In this document: piece after piece, positions 38,059 through 48,088 of the stretch
Position numbering within the stretch: position 1 is the first letter of the stretch
Layout: each line of letters opens with the position of its first letter
From: Candidatus Bathyarchaeota archaeon
GTDB taxonomy: Archaea; Thermoproteota; Bathyarchaeia; Bathyarchaeales; Bathycorpusculaceae
Length of the DNA stretch: 64,000 bases
Assembly (NCBI GenBank): GCA_963739305.1
Contig: CAVTZU010000001.1
Coordinates: 11,371-75,370 of the forward strand
Direction: 5' to 3'
The notes under the pieces: model-generated
Database searches by the model: none
What the model was told of the DNA's origin: nothing
What the model saw: the letters and a program-made list of their open reading frames with translations, nothing else
Program-made: the position numbers and the translations under genes

Positions 38059-38565
38059 GTGACTCAGATGTTGGACATACCATCTATTTCAGCAATCGTA
38101 GCAGTAATAGGTGTTTTGATAGGTGTTGTCCTTGCAGTATTGGAGCTTAGAAATCTGGTTAAGCAGAGGAAATCGGACCTTCTAATGAGACTGCACTTAG
38201 CCTTCAGCACAAAAGAAACTTCCGAAGCAGTCCTCAAGTACATGTCCATAGAATACAAAGATTACGATGATTTCGTAGAGAAATACGGCTCACCCTTTGC
38301 TGAAGGACCAGTCCAAACAGTCTTCGTTATGGTGGGAAATTTCTTTGAAGGAATTGGTGTTCTTCTGAAAAGAAAACTCGTTGAGATAGACCTTGTCACT
38401 GAACTCTTCGCAGTTGAGATGTTCTGGCTAAAATGGAAGCCATTGGTTGAAGGCACGAGAAAACAATTTAACAACCCACAGCTCCTTGTGTGGTTCGAAT
38501 ACTTGTACAATGAAGCGAAGAAGAGAGAACAGAAGCTTCAGCAATCAGGTGTGAAGGGAGAGTAG
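38059..38565 (+). CDS. DUF4760-like protein with N-terminal TM helix
   Basis: TM helix, then YKDYDDFVEKYG, NFFEGIGVLLKRKL, FEYLYNE. Confidence 0.75.
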   Translation: MTQMLDIPSISAIVAVIGVLIGVVLAVLELRNLVKQRKSDLLMRLHLAFSTKETSEAVLKYMSIEYKDYDDFVEKYGSPFAEGPVQTVFVMVGNFFEGIGVLLKRKLVEIDLVTELFAVEMFWLKWKPLVEGTRKQFNNPQLLVWFEYLYNEAKKREQKLQQSGVKGE

Positions 38566-38573
38566 ATAGACCT

Positions 38574-39104
38574 GTGAGATTTGATGTTGGCTGTGATTTG
38601 GATGAGTTTAGAAGATACCACAGGAACAGTGATATTCACAAATTTCTGAAGTCAACAGGAGTCACTGATGGCTATGATGAAAATCTCAACTATCTACTGA
38701 ACGTTGTGATCAAAGATTCTTCTCAACTCATTGTCTGGAGGGAAGACAACAAGGTTGTGGGCCACGCAGTCTGGCATGAAAGCAATACTGAAGAACACAG
38801 AAAAGGTGATCCCAGAGAAAAAGAAGATACTAAAGCACTAAAGAAACTCTTGGGTGGAAAGAAGAACTTCGTTGAGCTTCATGAAATCTGGCTGATCAAG
38901 GAGTACAGAGGAAAAGGCTATGGAGAAATGTTCCATGATTTCTTTGAGAAATTCATGAAAGACAAAGGCTATTCTGATATTGTCTTCTATGCTAATCATC
39001 CTGCTGCACTAGCCATATGCCGCAAACATGGATACAAAGAAGGAGGATACCTAGCAGGACTGAAGGAGTATGTTTTCTGTCTCCCGTTGAAGAAGAATCC
39101 CTGA
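38574..39104 (+). CDS. GNAT-family acetyltransferase
   Basis: Acetyl-CoA loop EYRGKGYG; N..A..I.RK.GY. Confidence 0.85.
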   Translation: MRFDVGCDLDEFRRYHRNSDIHKFLKSTGVTDGYDENLNYLLNVVIKDSSQLIVWREDNKVVGHAVWHESNTEEHRKGDPREKEDTKALKKLLGGKKNFVELHEIWLIKEYRGKGYGEMFHDFFEKFMKDKGYSDIVFYANHPAALAICRKHGYKEGGYLAGLKEYVFCLPLKKNP

Positions 39105-39201
39105 GCCTTGCATTGTCTACGTTTCGAAATTCAGGGGCTCTTCAGCATTTTTGTGAACGTCAAAACATAATAGACCTGCCATACATGACGTTGTTATAGC
39201 T

Positions 39202-39592
39202 ATGAAGTTCTTGCATAGATTGGCAGTTTATGCTCTGGTCACTGCAATGATTGAAGTGCCCTCTATCTTGGTACTGTACAGCTCTGGATATCCCAATGAA
39301 CCCTTCTTCCAATTGGGTGTCTTGGGCATTTCTGATTGCTTAAAATCTCTACTTCTTGCTCATTGCCTTTTCTGCCATAGGTGGTCCAGTTCCTGGTCAA
39401 GGACCAAGAGACATCTCTTTTGACCTAGTCTGGGGAGTAGTGTCAATGTTCATAATCATAACTGCAATAGGAGAAGCAATAAACTGGCTGATTGAAGAAG
39501 ATCAGAAAACTGAGAAGACCAAAGAAACCTCAAAATCAAATCGACTTCTCCAAAGATTTCAGGGACTCCTTAGAATGTCTGTGTCTTCGTAG
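39202..39592 (+). pseudogene. Disrupted membrane protein (frameshift plus stop)
   Basis: Two overlapping hydrophobic ORFs (39202-39423, 39356-39592); joining them needs a frameshift and read-through of a TAA. Confidence 0.45.
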
Positions 39593-39880
39593 ATACGAAA
39601 AAGAAAAAAGGCGGGGACTGGTGTTTTGTGAGTTTAGATTTTTCTCTTGTTCAGTACGGATCTGAAGCTTTTTCCACAACAGACAAAGAGTCCGATTGTG
39701 AGTTCAGTTCTCTTGCCACTCTTGTCTTTTCTGCCAGCCATCTTCCAGGTCTTCTTAGGAGTACTGACTTCTTTCTTACACTTGGGACATTTAGCCATAA
39801 CATTCCCTTTTTACAGAGTTACATCAGATCAGGTTAAAACATTTTTCATGATTTTGGAATTCAGATTTCAGGGGGTAGTA

Positions 39881-40060
39881 ATGGAAGTATTGATTGGAAT
39901 GACTTTGATTGCAGCTGGGATCGTGTTGTCAATGAATTCTCAACAAAGCGGTGTGGATCTAAGCAGGGATTGCTTCATCTTTGGCATCCCTCTCTTCGTT
40001 ATTTGCCTAATCCTATTGACAATATGGAAAAGGTACTCTGAGAATAGACAAAGCAACTGA
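39881..40060 (+). CDS. Small two-TM membrane protein
   Basis: MEVLIGMTLIAAGIVL...FIFGIPLFVICLILLTIWKR; GGGGT SD-like upstream. Confidence 0.5.
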   Translation: MEVLIGMTLIAAGIVLSMNSQQSGVDLSRDCFIFGIPLFVICLILLTIWKRYSENRQSN

Positions 40061-40240
40061 GTCCTATGCTTTCTTGTCTACATCCCAGCATTGTCTGATT
40101 TGTTGTCCGCCTTAGATTGATACTACATTACTTTCAGAGACTCCCATGGAATTTCCAATCGAAGTTCCAATAGCGGAAAGAAAAAAGATAGTCAGTTCTG
40201 TACGTGTAACTTTCCTCAGAAGCCGTGTCTTGTTTCAATT

Positions 40241-40813
40241 CTACATTGGAATCATGCGCTGTCTGGTTCTGTTGTACAGACTCCAGGCTACAAAGTACGT
40301 CAGCAAAGAAACAGCGAAGCTGAGAAACACATACTGACTCAACACTGAAAACAGGTTGTTTGACAAGTGTAATGCCACAGCAACCAAGTAAAAAGGAAAA
40401 GTCTGTTTCCTTCCGATCCCGTAGGCGATTATAGAAGTCGACGAGGCATGAAAGAATATTCCGGGCAACCTCACGATGAAAGGAACATTCAGGAGAACTA
40501 CGTACTCTACGAACTCGGCGATGCCGAACCCCAAACCGACCAGGAAACCCAACGTGAAGATGGATCTCTCAGTCTCAGCGTGACGGTAAAACAAAGGATA
40601 TGCCTTGGAAAACTCTTCAATAACAGGCGCCAGGAGGACCACTGAAACTATCGTGCCGTAGGTTGAGGACATAGTGACTGGCAAGAAACCTGAAAAACCG
40701 GTTATAAACAACGTTAAGGGGATGCTCACAGTGACTCCGGAAAGAAGAAAGAAAAGCTTCTCTTTCAGCTTCGGTTTGTGAACCGGAATTGTCATGCTTG
40801 CTTGTTCCGTCAT
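40241..40813 (-). CDS. PrsW-family intramembrane metalloprotease
   Basis: APVIEEFSK (EExxK), GLGFG..E, H, ALH..NN. Confidence 0.88.
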   Translation of the reverse strand: MTEQASMTIPVHKPKLKEKLFFLLSGVTVSIPLTLFITGFSGFLPVTMSSTYGTIVSVVLLAPVIEEFSKAYPLFYRHAETERSIFTLGFLVGLGFGIAEFVEYVVLLNVPFIVRLPGIFFHASSTSIIAYGIGRKQTFPFYLVAVALHLSNNLFSVLSQYVFLSFAVSLLTYFVAWSLYNRTRQRMIPM

Positions 40814-40954
40814 CTAAACCAGCCACGTCACCCTTCTGAGCCGAAGATCAATGCCCCAATCCTAATGTCCAGGTTCTACTTGCGGCCACAGCTTTGGAAT
40901 GGTTGAGGGGGAAATAAAAGAATTTGTGAATGCGCATGTGTAGTTCCAGCCCGT

Positions 40955-42379
40955 TCAATACAGTTGTTTCATTTGCGCGATTATTCCTCTTCTTGCCATG
41001 TACATGTATATCCTTCTTTTCAGCTCATTCCGCGAAAACAGTCCTTGGAGCCTGCGATTCCAAGAACCGTAGAAGCTTCTGTAGCATTCGTAGAGTTCCT
41101 CTTGCACTTGCTTGACTGAGAGTGTTTCAGTCGGCATTATGGCATGGACCATGTCATAGTGCGACCAGTTCTTGTCTTCTATCCATCCGTTCCGTTGTGC
41201 TTCATCGAAGATTTCTGTTCCCGGAAAGGGTGTGAGGACCGCAAAAAGCGCGAAATCGGGGTCTAATTCGTTGGCAAATTCCCGTAGACGAGCAATCGAC
41301 TGAACTGTGTCTTTTCTTTGACCAGTTATGAACATTGCATGCGCGAATATCCCGTTCTGTTTCAGCAACTTTACGGCCTCTCTTGACTGCTGTGGTTCTA
41401 GGCCTTTCTTGAAAGCTTGAAGCGTCGACGGCTCAGAGTTTTCTACTCCGAGAAGAACCCAGTTTAACCCTGATTTTCGGAGTTTCGGGAGGGACTCTTT
41501 GTTTCTTATGATGTCGTCGCATCTGGATTGGATAAACCACGTCAGGTCTTTCGTTATTCCGCGTTTGAGGATTTCGTCAGCCAGATCGTTAGCTCTGGAA
41601 CCTGCGCCGAAGTTGTCGTCAGTCAGCCAGATGAACCGGCTTCCGTAATTGCGGTAGCAGAACTCTATTTCGTCCGCGATGCGTTTGGGGGATTTCAGCC
41701 GCCACTTGCCTTGCCAGTGTCGCCACTGGGTGCAAAAAGTGCACTCGCACGGACAGCCACGCGAACCCTCGACGAGCGCATAGGCAACGTCTCGTCCAGC
41801 CATCGCAGCGAAGTGATACTTGTCAACAGTGTCTTTCACAAGATGATACCCTGGGTACGGGAGAGTTTCCAAGTCTTCAATCAGCGGTCTTGAAGGGTTG
41901 TGGAATATCCTTCCTTCTCTTCTGAACGATATTCCTCTTATCTGCGGAAAAGAGGCTTTCTTATCGGCGTTAGCCACGAGTTCGCCAAGAGTTTCCTCTC
42001 CCTCTCCACGCACGATGACGTCAATGCTTGGATACTCATGCAGACTTTCGTCGGCGGTGGCTGTGAAATGCTGTCCTCCCGTGACCGTGAGGATGTTTGG
42101 ATTTACTTCTTTCGCGGTTTCAAGCGTTCTGGCCACTACGTACGTGTTGCATGTTGACAACGAGCTTGAAGCCACAACGTCAGGATTAGAGGATTCTACA
42201 TGCTTCTTGAGGCTTTGCCAGTCGATATGCTTGGCGTTGCAGTCCAGAACTTCAGCCTCAACGTCTTTGCTGTACTTTTCGAGGTAAGCAGCCAGCTGAA
42301 TCATGCCGTACGGTGGGGGAAGATATTCGCCCATCACGAACCAGATGTCCTTCGGGGGCTCAACGAAAAGAACCTTCAT
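40955..42379 (-). CDS. Cobalamin-binding radical SAM protein (class B methyltransferase-like)
   Basis: B12 domain (GGQHFT, GEGE), SRGCPCECTFC (CxxxCxxC), DDNF, GVE, TPFPGT. Confidence 0.92.
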   Translation of the reverse strand: MKVLFVEPPKDIWFVMGEYLPPPYGMIQLAAYLEKYSKDVEAEVLDCNAKHIDWQSLKKHVESSNPDVVASSSLSTCNTYVVARTLETAKEVNPNILTVTGGQHFTATADESLHEYPSIDVIVRGEGEETLGELVANADKKASFPQIRGISFRREGRIFHNPSRPLIEDLETLPYPGYHLVKDTVDKYHFAAMAGRDVAYALVEGSRGCPCECTFCTQWRHWQGKWRLKSPKRIADEIEFCYRNYGSRFIWLTDDNFGAGSRANDLADEILKRGITKDLTWFIQSRCDDIIRNKESLPKLRKSGLNWVLLGVENSEPSTLQAFKKGLEPQQSREAVKLLKQNGIFAHAMFITGQRKDTVQSIARLREFANELDPDFALFAVLTPFPGTEIFDEAQRNGWIEDKNWSHYDMVHAIMPTETLSVKQVQEELYECYRSFYGSWNRRLQGLFSRNELKRRIYMYMARRGIIAQMKQLY

Positions 42380-42542
42380 TCTAACGTTGCACTCTCTTGT
42401 TCTCTATATTTGGGCACTTTATGCTTAAAACTGCCGCGCAACGTCATATGATAGAGACTTAAGAGTGAGAAACACGCGGGCAGACAAAAACACTTATTGG
42501 ACTGTCGCCGCGAATTAGAGAGCAAGGGAGTTCGGTCGAATA

Positions 42543-43406
42543 ATGTCTTACTGCAGAAAGTGTGGAGCAGAGTTGCAGAAAGACGCCAATTTCTGCGCTA
42601 GATGCGGAACGCCTGTGGCCAAGGAAGAAGCGATGTCTGCGAATCAACGCCAGACTTTCAAGATCGTGGGGAAACCTAAAGTGGTCGTGGTCAACCGGGC
42701 ACCGGGAAGGGTTGATGTCAAACCGTCGGTTGAAGGCGAAGTCACTGTTGACTTGGATCTGCGAGAGCCCGAAGACTTGGAGTGGAGTATTTCACAGGAC
42801 GCCAATACGGTTACGGTTCGATGCCGCGCTCTGGTTCACCCGTTTAGGTGGACGCACTACTTCACCTCAGGAGGACCAAGAGCCAACATCTCCGTTCTTG
42901 TTCCCAAAGAAACGGATCTCGACCTCGAGGTCAGCCTCGACCAGGTCAATGTAACAGGAATAAAGGGCGAGTCAAAAGTCGAAACATCAGTGGCAAGAAT
43001 CAATCTTGAAAATGTAGAAGGAAAAGTTGACGTTAAGGGAAGAACGGGCACGATAGAATTGCTGAACGTCAACGGAACGATTACTGCCGATAACACGACT
43101 GGGCCAGTAATAATGGAGAACGTCAACGGGACCATCTCGGTCCACAACACGACGGGTCCAATTCGATTCTCCGGAGGGCTATCAGGTGAAAACTGGTTCA
43201 GAACGACCACTGGATCGGTAGAACTCAGCCTGACAGGAAAACCGGACCTTGCCGTTGAAGCCTATTCAAGGCTTGGATCAGTGACGTGCATTCCTGAGCC
43301 GGCGGATTGGCGTTATGAGCGAGGGCAATACGTAGGTCATTTTGGGTCAGGAACTGGAAAGCTGATCGTAGAGACGACAACAGGCTCGATTGCTATTCGT
43401 CAATAG
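42543..43406 (+). CDS. Zinc ribbon + DUF4097 (adhesin-like beta-strand repeat) protein
   Basis: YCRKCG...FCARCG; repeated NVNGTI..TTGP/SI units. Confidence 0.85.
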   Translation: MSYCRKCGAELQKDANFCARCGTPVAKEEAMSANQRQTFKIVGKPKVVVVNRAPGRVDVKPSVEGEVTVDLDLREPEDLEWSISQDANTVTVRCRALVHPFRWTHYFTSGGPRANISVLVPKETDLDLEVSLDQVNVTGIKGESKVETSVARINLENVEGKVDVKGRTGTIELLNVNGTITADNTTGPVIMENVNGTISVHNTTGPIRFSGGLSGENWFRTTTGSVELSLTGKPDLAVEAYSRLGSVTCIPEPADWRYERGQYVGHFGSGTGKLIVETTTGSIAIRQ

Positions 43407-43414
43407 CAGATGGT

Positions 43415-43663
43415 TTACGAAGTATTTAGTGATCGAAACCCGGTCAGACGAATTTGGCATTCACACGTGTTGCACTGAAGTGTTATGCCATCTAGTTCAT
43501 CGTGTTCCATTACAGCATCAAGAATTTTGTAGGTCTTCTCCGTCTCGTCGTCGGGGGAAATCCTCACGCCGCACTTCGGACAGCCAAAATCACCTTTCCC
43601 CTTGATTTTTGTCAAATCGATTGTGAAGAATCTACAAGTTTGCACTTTCTGACCTCCAAACAT
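43415..43663 (-). CDS. Small zinc-finger protein
   Basis: CPKCG.RISPDDE...CNTCE..IRLTGF. Confidence 0.7.
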   Translation of the reverse strand: MFGGQKVQTCRFFTIDLTKIKGKGDFGCPKCGVRISPDDETEKTYKILDAVMEHDELDGITLQCNTCECQIRLTGFRSLNTS

Positions 43664-43728
43664 CTATTGCCAGGCTAGAACCTAAAACGTTAACGGAACA
43701 ATGTTTCAGTCGCTACTCTGTCACTTCG

Positions 43729-44430
43729 TTATCGCTTGTTCTGCTGACTCTTGTACACTTTTGTGACGGCTTGCTCAAAAGTGTCGCCTTGCCAAGTATA
43801 CGCTCTTATCTCATCATCTAGAATCTTGGGCCCACCAGGGAGACCAAAGCGCTCCGTGTATTTGTTCAATAGCTCATCATACATTACGTCGGGCTGGCTA
43901 AGTCCCTTCGGAATTGCGAACGTTGCTTCTTCCTCCTTAGCGGGCGTTTCTGATTCCCCAACCTCGCCTGCTTCAGCCTCTTCTTTGGGTCTTGTTGAAG
44001 CGCCATATGCAATCTCCACGATGCCCAAAATCAGAATGACCACGCCCACTGACAGAGAGACGACGATTCCAAAGACTCCAAACATCAATACAAGTATCCC
44101 AGTGTAGATGAAGGAGTTGGCTTTGTCAACTTCTCTTTTGCGAAGACAGTCGGGACACAAGTGCATAGTTGCACTGGCTCCCCTGGTCTTGAGATCGAAG
44201 ATCTGGAGACATTCTCTACAAAAGCTCCTGCCGCAATCGTCACACATGCCAACAGCAAACCGGTCACAGTGATTCGCACACTGAGGGATATCGACTCCTA
44301 TTCGAGGCGGAACACGGTACATTGCTCCGCAATAGTCGCACTTCAGCTGCAAAACATCAGAAGAAACCGGCCTTCTGTACGGCGCACCGCAGAAGGGACA
44401 TCGGATCTCCTTCGTCTCTTTGCCTGCCAA
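43729..44430 (-). CDS. Zn-ribbon + B-box-like + TM hairpin + helical domain protein (paralogue 1)
   Basis: CPFC/CDYC; CxxH..CxxC..CxxC..CxxC; two TM helices; acidic linker; DEIRAYTW.GD. Confidence 0.8.
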   Translation of the reverse strand: MAGKETKEIRCPFCGAPYRRPVSSDVLQLKCDYCGAMYRVPPRIGVDIPQCANHCDRFAVGMCDDCGRSFCRECLQIFDLKTRGASATMHLCPDCLRKREVDKANSFIYTGILVLMFGVFGIVVSLSVGVVILILGIVEIAYGASTRPKEEAEAGEVGESETPAKEEEATFAIPKGLSQPDVMYDELLNKYTERFGLPGGPKILDDEIRAYTWQGDTFEQAVTKVYKSQQNKR

Positions 44431-44538
44431 TCGATATCAAGAATTGATGTATTCCATCTGCTAATAGGCTTTTCTGGAAGGATTGTCATAGCATTAACTA
44501 AGCAATAGTGCTGAAAACGAGGTATCTGAAGATTAATT

Positions 44539-45261
44539 TCAACGAGAAGTTTTTCTCTTCTCGCGTTGCGCGATTTTTCTCACCGCATCCGCAAAGCTGT
44601 CACCCGCCCAAGTGTACGCCCTGATTTCATTGTCGAGCAACTGTGTTCCAGTCTGGAGCCCCCAGTGCGCGACGTACTCTGCAAACAACTGATCATAAAT
44701 CCGTTCGGCCTCTTCAGCATCAGCCTCTTCAGCGACGACGCCACCAGTCTGCTTTTCAACGTTGCCTGCTTCACCTTCGGGTTCTTCAGTAACCCGGCTT
44801 CTTTGACTGAACGCGTAACCAATCGAGATAACGCCTAGAACGACCATAGGTACTCCGACTAGCCACGCTAGAGATGCAAACGCCAAGATGGAGCCGAAGA
44901 TGAAGAGCCCAATGATCAACAAGACACTGCCGAAGAGCAATTGAGCGTTGGCTTTTTCGAGATTTCGCTTCCTGAGACAGCTCGGACACAGATAGAGGAT
45001 AGCTCTCTCGCTCTGAGTGGCGAGTGGAAACGCATGAAGACATTCCTTGCAGAAGCTTCGACCGCAATCATTGCAGATGCCAGATGCGAACCTTTCGGGG
45101 TGATTGACGCACTGAGGGATTTCCACACCGATTTTCGGAGGAAGGTGAAACGTCGCTCCACAATAATCGCACTTCAACTGAAGAGCATCGGATGGGACGA
45201 ACTTTTTATATGGCGCGCCACAAAACGGACAAATGATATCTCTGGCTTCTTTTCGTGCCAA
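44539..45261 (-). CDS. Zn-ribbon + B-box-like + TM hairpin + helical domain protein (paralogue 2)
   Basis: Collinear with 43729-44430 along its whole length. Confidence 0.8.
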   Translation of the reverse strand: MARKEARDIICPFCGAPYKKFVPSDALQLKCDYCGATFHLPPKIGVEIPQCVNHPERFASGICNDCGRSFCKECLHAFPLATQSERAILYLCPSCLRKRNLEKANAQLLFGSVLLIIGLFIFGSILAFASLAWLVGVPMVVLGVISIGYAFSQRSRVTEEPEGEAGNVEKQTGGVVAEEADAEEAERIYDQLFAEYVAHWGLQTGTQLLDNEIRAYTWAGDSFADAVRKIAQREKRKTSR

Positions 45262-45333
45262 ACCTGATCAACTAAGGGTGTGCTGACTATTCTAATAGGT
45301 CTTTCTCGATTGCGGCTAAAAATCAAATAACGG

Positions 45334-46524
45334 TCAGTCCTTGAGCTTGATGAAAGCATAGATCGCTAGAAACGGCAACGCACTGACAGAAACAAGGAAC
45401 GCATAACTTGGCGAAGAAGTGTAGAGATAACCTCCTAAGTAAGGGGCAACAAACGATGCTACCATACTGCAAGTCTGCGGAACCGAAATCCATAGACCCT
45501 GTTTTGCCCGAGGTGCGATTGCGCCGACGAAGGAGCTAACCAGCGAACCAAGGGCCGCCGAGCCGCCGAGCGTAAATGCGATGAACATTAGTGAAGTTGG
45601 CTGGTTGATTAACATCATGGGAAGCATTGAGGCCATGTAGAGGATAAGGCATACGCCGATGGCCCAAGACTTTCGCCATCTGTCCCCCATTCGGCCCATG
45701 GCGATTCCTATAAACGTGATTCCCGCGTAGTTTATTGAGCCAAAAAGTCCGACCTGAAATTCGGTCATCTTGATGTTTTCCGAAAGGAACGTCTGCACGT
45801 AGGGTCTACCTATGCTTATGAAGAAGGAAGCGACAGCAAGGAACGCTGACCAAACGATGATTTTTCGCCACAGTTTACGCTCCTCAGAGAGGGGCAACTG
45901 CTCCTTCTGACTTTCTGTCGTTTCCTTTCGTGGATGTTGACTGCGAAGGAAAAAGAATACCGCCGTGGAAACCGCTGAGAGAACGGTTGAAGCTCGCAGG
46001 ACCCAGCGCATTCCAATCATCGTTGCAAAATATCCGCCGATGGCAGGGGCGAATATGTAGCTGAAGGAATACGAACCCCAAACGACTGCAAGGACTGATG
46101 CAATCTTGCTCTTGTCTTTGAGGGAAGTGATCACGTAAGCAGTCACTGCTGGAAGCCCAATCATCGATACTCCCCAACAAAAGGTTCCTGGAATAAGCTG
46201 GACCCAGTTGTCGGCGAACGAATAGATCAGTGGCGCGAACACCCATGGTGTCCAAGATAGGATCAGGATCTTTTTGCGGTCAAATCGGTCAGCCAAGAAG
46301 CCTCCTATTAGAGGAACTAGCGCGGCGAATCCCATCAAAGCCGAGAGCACGATGCCAAGCTGGACGATTTCTGCGTTCAAGGATCTGACGTACAGCGGGA
46401 AAACCCAGAAGTATAGTCCTTCGCCAAAGGCGCCTATGACGTTTGAGAGGCAAATCAGCAAGACGTCTCGTGTCAGAACATCCGAAGGAAACGCACTTGA
46501 CAAGAAGCGCTTGTAGTTTGCCAT
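45334..46524 (-). CDS. MFS transporter
   Basis: GGFLADRFDRK and GRMGDRWRK motif A; about 12 TM helices. Confidence 0.9.
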   Translation of the reverse strand: MANYKRFLSSAFPSDVLTRDVLLICLSNVIGAFGEGLYFWVFPLYVRSLNAEIVQLGIVLSALMGFAALVPLIGGFLADRFDRKKILILSWTPWVFAPLIYSFADNWVQLIPGTFCWGVSMIGLPAVTAYVITSLKDKSKIASVLAVVWGSYSFSYIFAPAIGGYFATMIGMRWVLRASTVLSAVSTAVFFFLRSQHPRKETTESQKEQLPLSEERKLWRKIIVWSAFLAVASFFISIGRPYVQTFLSENIKMTEFQVGLFGSINYAGITFIGIAMGRMGDRWRKSWAIGVCLILYMASMLPMMLINQPTSLMFIAFTLGGSAALGSLVSSFVGAIAPRAKQGLWISVPQTCSMVASFVAPYLGGYLYTSSPSYAFLVSVSALPFLAIYAFIKLKD

Positions 46525-46625
46525 TGAAAGATCATTCAGTATGGGTAGATTTCGAAATAGAAAGTGAAACGAACCCTTTATTCTTTGTCGCTTTTACTGA
46601 GTTTCCGTTGCTGTTTTCTCGGCTT

Positions 46626-47729
46626 CTATTTCTTCAACGACGCCTTCAGTGCATCAAGCGCTTCGGTCAGAATAGTAGTCTCAGGGTCCATGAGTCCGAT
46701 TCCCAACCTTATCATGTTCGAACTTGCAAGATCGTAGTCGTTCTTGAACAGGAAGAAAGCTCCTGGAACCGGAGCCAAATCGTGTTTGGGTATAGCCGTG
46801 TTATTTATCCACTTGTAGGTGTCGGTGACGGGCGTTTTAACCCAGTACGCAACGCTGACCTTGTTCGGGAAATACTCAAGCTTGTTCTCGGTTAGCCATT
46901 TTTCAGTTTCTTTTTTCAGTCGAATCCACTTTGCCTTGTGTTCTTGAAGGTGTCTGACCGCTTTGTTAAGAAGTTCAGCAGCGATAACCTGCACGATGTT
47001 CGGGCTGTTGCCGACGGTGTTCAGCACGTCTGTGAATAGTTCTTTCACCAAGTCTTTCTTGGTCAAGGCTATTCCCAGTTTTACACCTCCAAGTCCATAC
47101 GCTTTAGTGAAGCTAGTCGTCACTATGCTCAGGTCTGGATCAACAGAGAAGAGGGATGGAACAGTTTTTCTGTCAAATTCGGCGTAGATTTCGTCACACA
47201 ACACGTAGAAACCGTGTTGATTCGCAACATCCATGATTTCTTTCAGCTCGTTCCTATTGGATATTGCACCGCTTGGAGCGTGAGGATTCGTCAGAACTAG
47301 TAGCCCTGTCTTTTTGGAAACGATTCTTTCAAGTCGCTCGGCATCAAGTCTGTACTCCTCTTTTTCCCTTCTTTCGAGTCTCTTTACGGCTGGAAAATGT
47401 TCTTGAGTCGTCCTCAACAGAGGCTCGTACGTTGGAAATTCCACGATAGCCTCTCGCTTCTCAGGGTTTCTCTCCGCCAAGTACCTGATTATTCGGGCGT
47501 TCTGGCCTGAAGCCCCCTCGCTTGAGATGAAAACGTTCTCAGATTTGACGTCGTACCATCGTCCTACCTGTCTAAGGGCTTCGGGATTTCCATATTCATA
47601 GTTGACGCTCAAGTTAACGCTGCCCAAGTCCAATTTGTGTTTGAAGAAAGCTACGCCGCTGGAGCGGAAATCGTACTTCACTTTATGCACATGGACGTAC
47701 CAATCCAGGTAGACCGAAGGATGCTTCAT
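46626..47729 (-). CDS. PLP-dependent aminotransferase class I/II
   Basis: NPHAPSG, DEIY, SFTKAYGL.G (PLP lysine). Confidence 0.9.
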   Translation of the reverse strand: MKHPSVYLDWYVHVHKVKYDFRSSGVAFFKHKLDLGSVNLSVNYEYGNPEALRQVGRWYDVKSENVFISSEGASGQNARIIRYLAERNPEKREAIVEFPTYEPLLRTTQEHFPAVKRLERREKEEYRLDAERLERIVSKKTGLLVLTNPHAPSGAISNRNELKEIMDVANQHGFYVLCDEIYAEFDRKTVPSLFSVDPDLSIVTTSFTKAYGLGGVKLGIALTKKDLVKELFTDVLNTVGNSPNIVQVIAAELLNKAVRHLQEHKAKWIRLKKETEKWLTENKLEYFPNKVSVAYWVKTPVTDTYKWINNTAIPKHDLAPVPGAFFLFKNDYDLASSNMIRLGIGLMDPETTILTEALDALKASLKK

Positions 47730-47808
47730 CTTTGATCCCTCAAATCAAGTTTGACACACGGTTATCTTTTTCCGTCAGCTTGTGCTTTTATGCCTTGAGG
47801 GACGATCC

Positions 47809-48087
47809 ATGAAGATTACTCAAACTAAAGACGGATGCATTCTAGAGGTTTCGGTGAAGCCCCGTTCGAGAGAGTTCAGCATTCTGTTTGAAGCTGATGA
47901 AATCATAATCAGGAGCCGAGAAGAGCCGATTGGTGGCAGGGTCAATAAGGAGCTCATCAGGGAATTGTCAAGACTTTTTGGTGGGCAAGTGGAAATCGTG
48001 TCTGGCTCGACCTCGAAAAGGAAGATGCTGCTCCTGAAGGGCGTTGAGAAAAGCGAAGTTGAACGATTGTTGAAAAGCCTGCAGTAG
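47809..48087 (+). CDS. DUF167 (YggU/UPF0235) protein
   Basis: V.VKP.S, P..GR.N.EL..LS..F, V.IVSG.TS..K. Confidence 0.88.
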   Translation: MKITQTKDGCILEVSVKPRSREFSILFEADEIIIRSREEPIGGRVNKELIRELSRLFGGQVEIVSGSTSKRKMLLLKGVEKSEVERLLKSLQ

Positions 48088-48088
48088 C

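Noticed and set aside
40100-40200. Third att copy closing the distal island
   Set aside because: No recognisable tRNA-Ala 3' remnant found by eye
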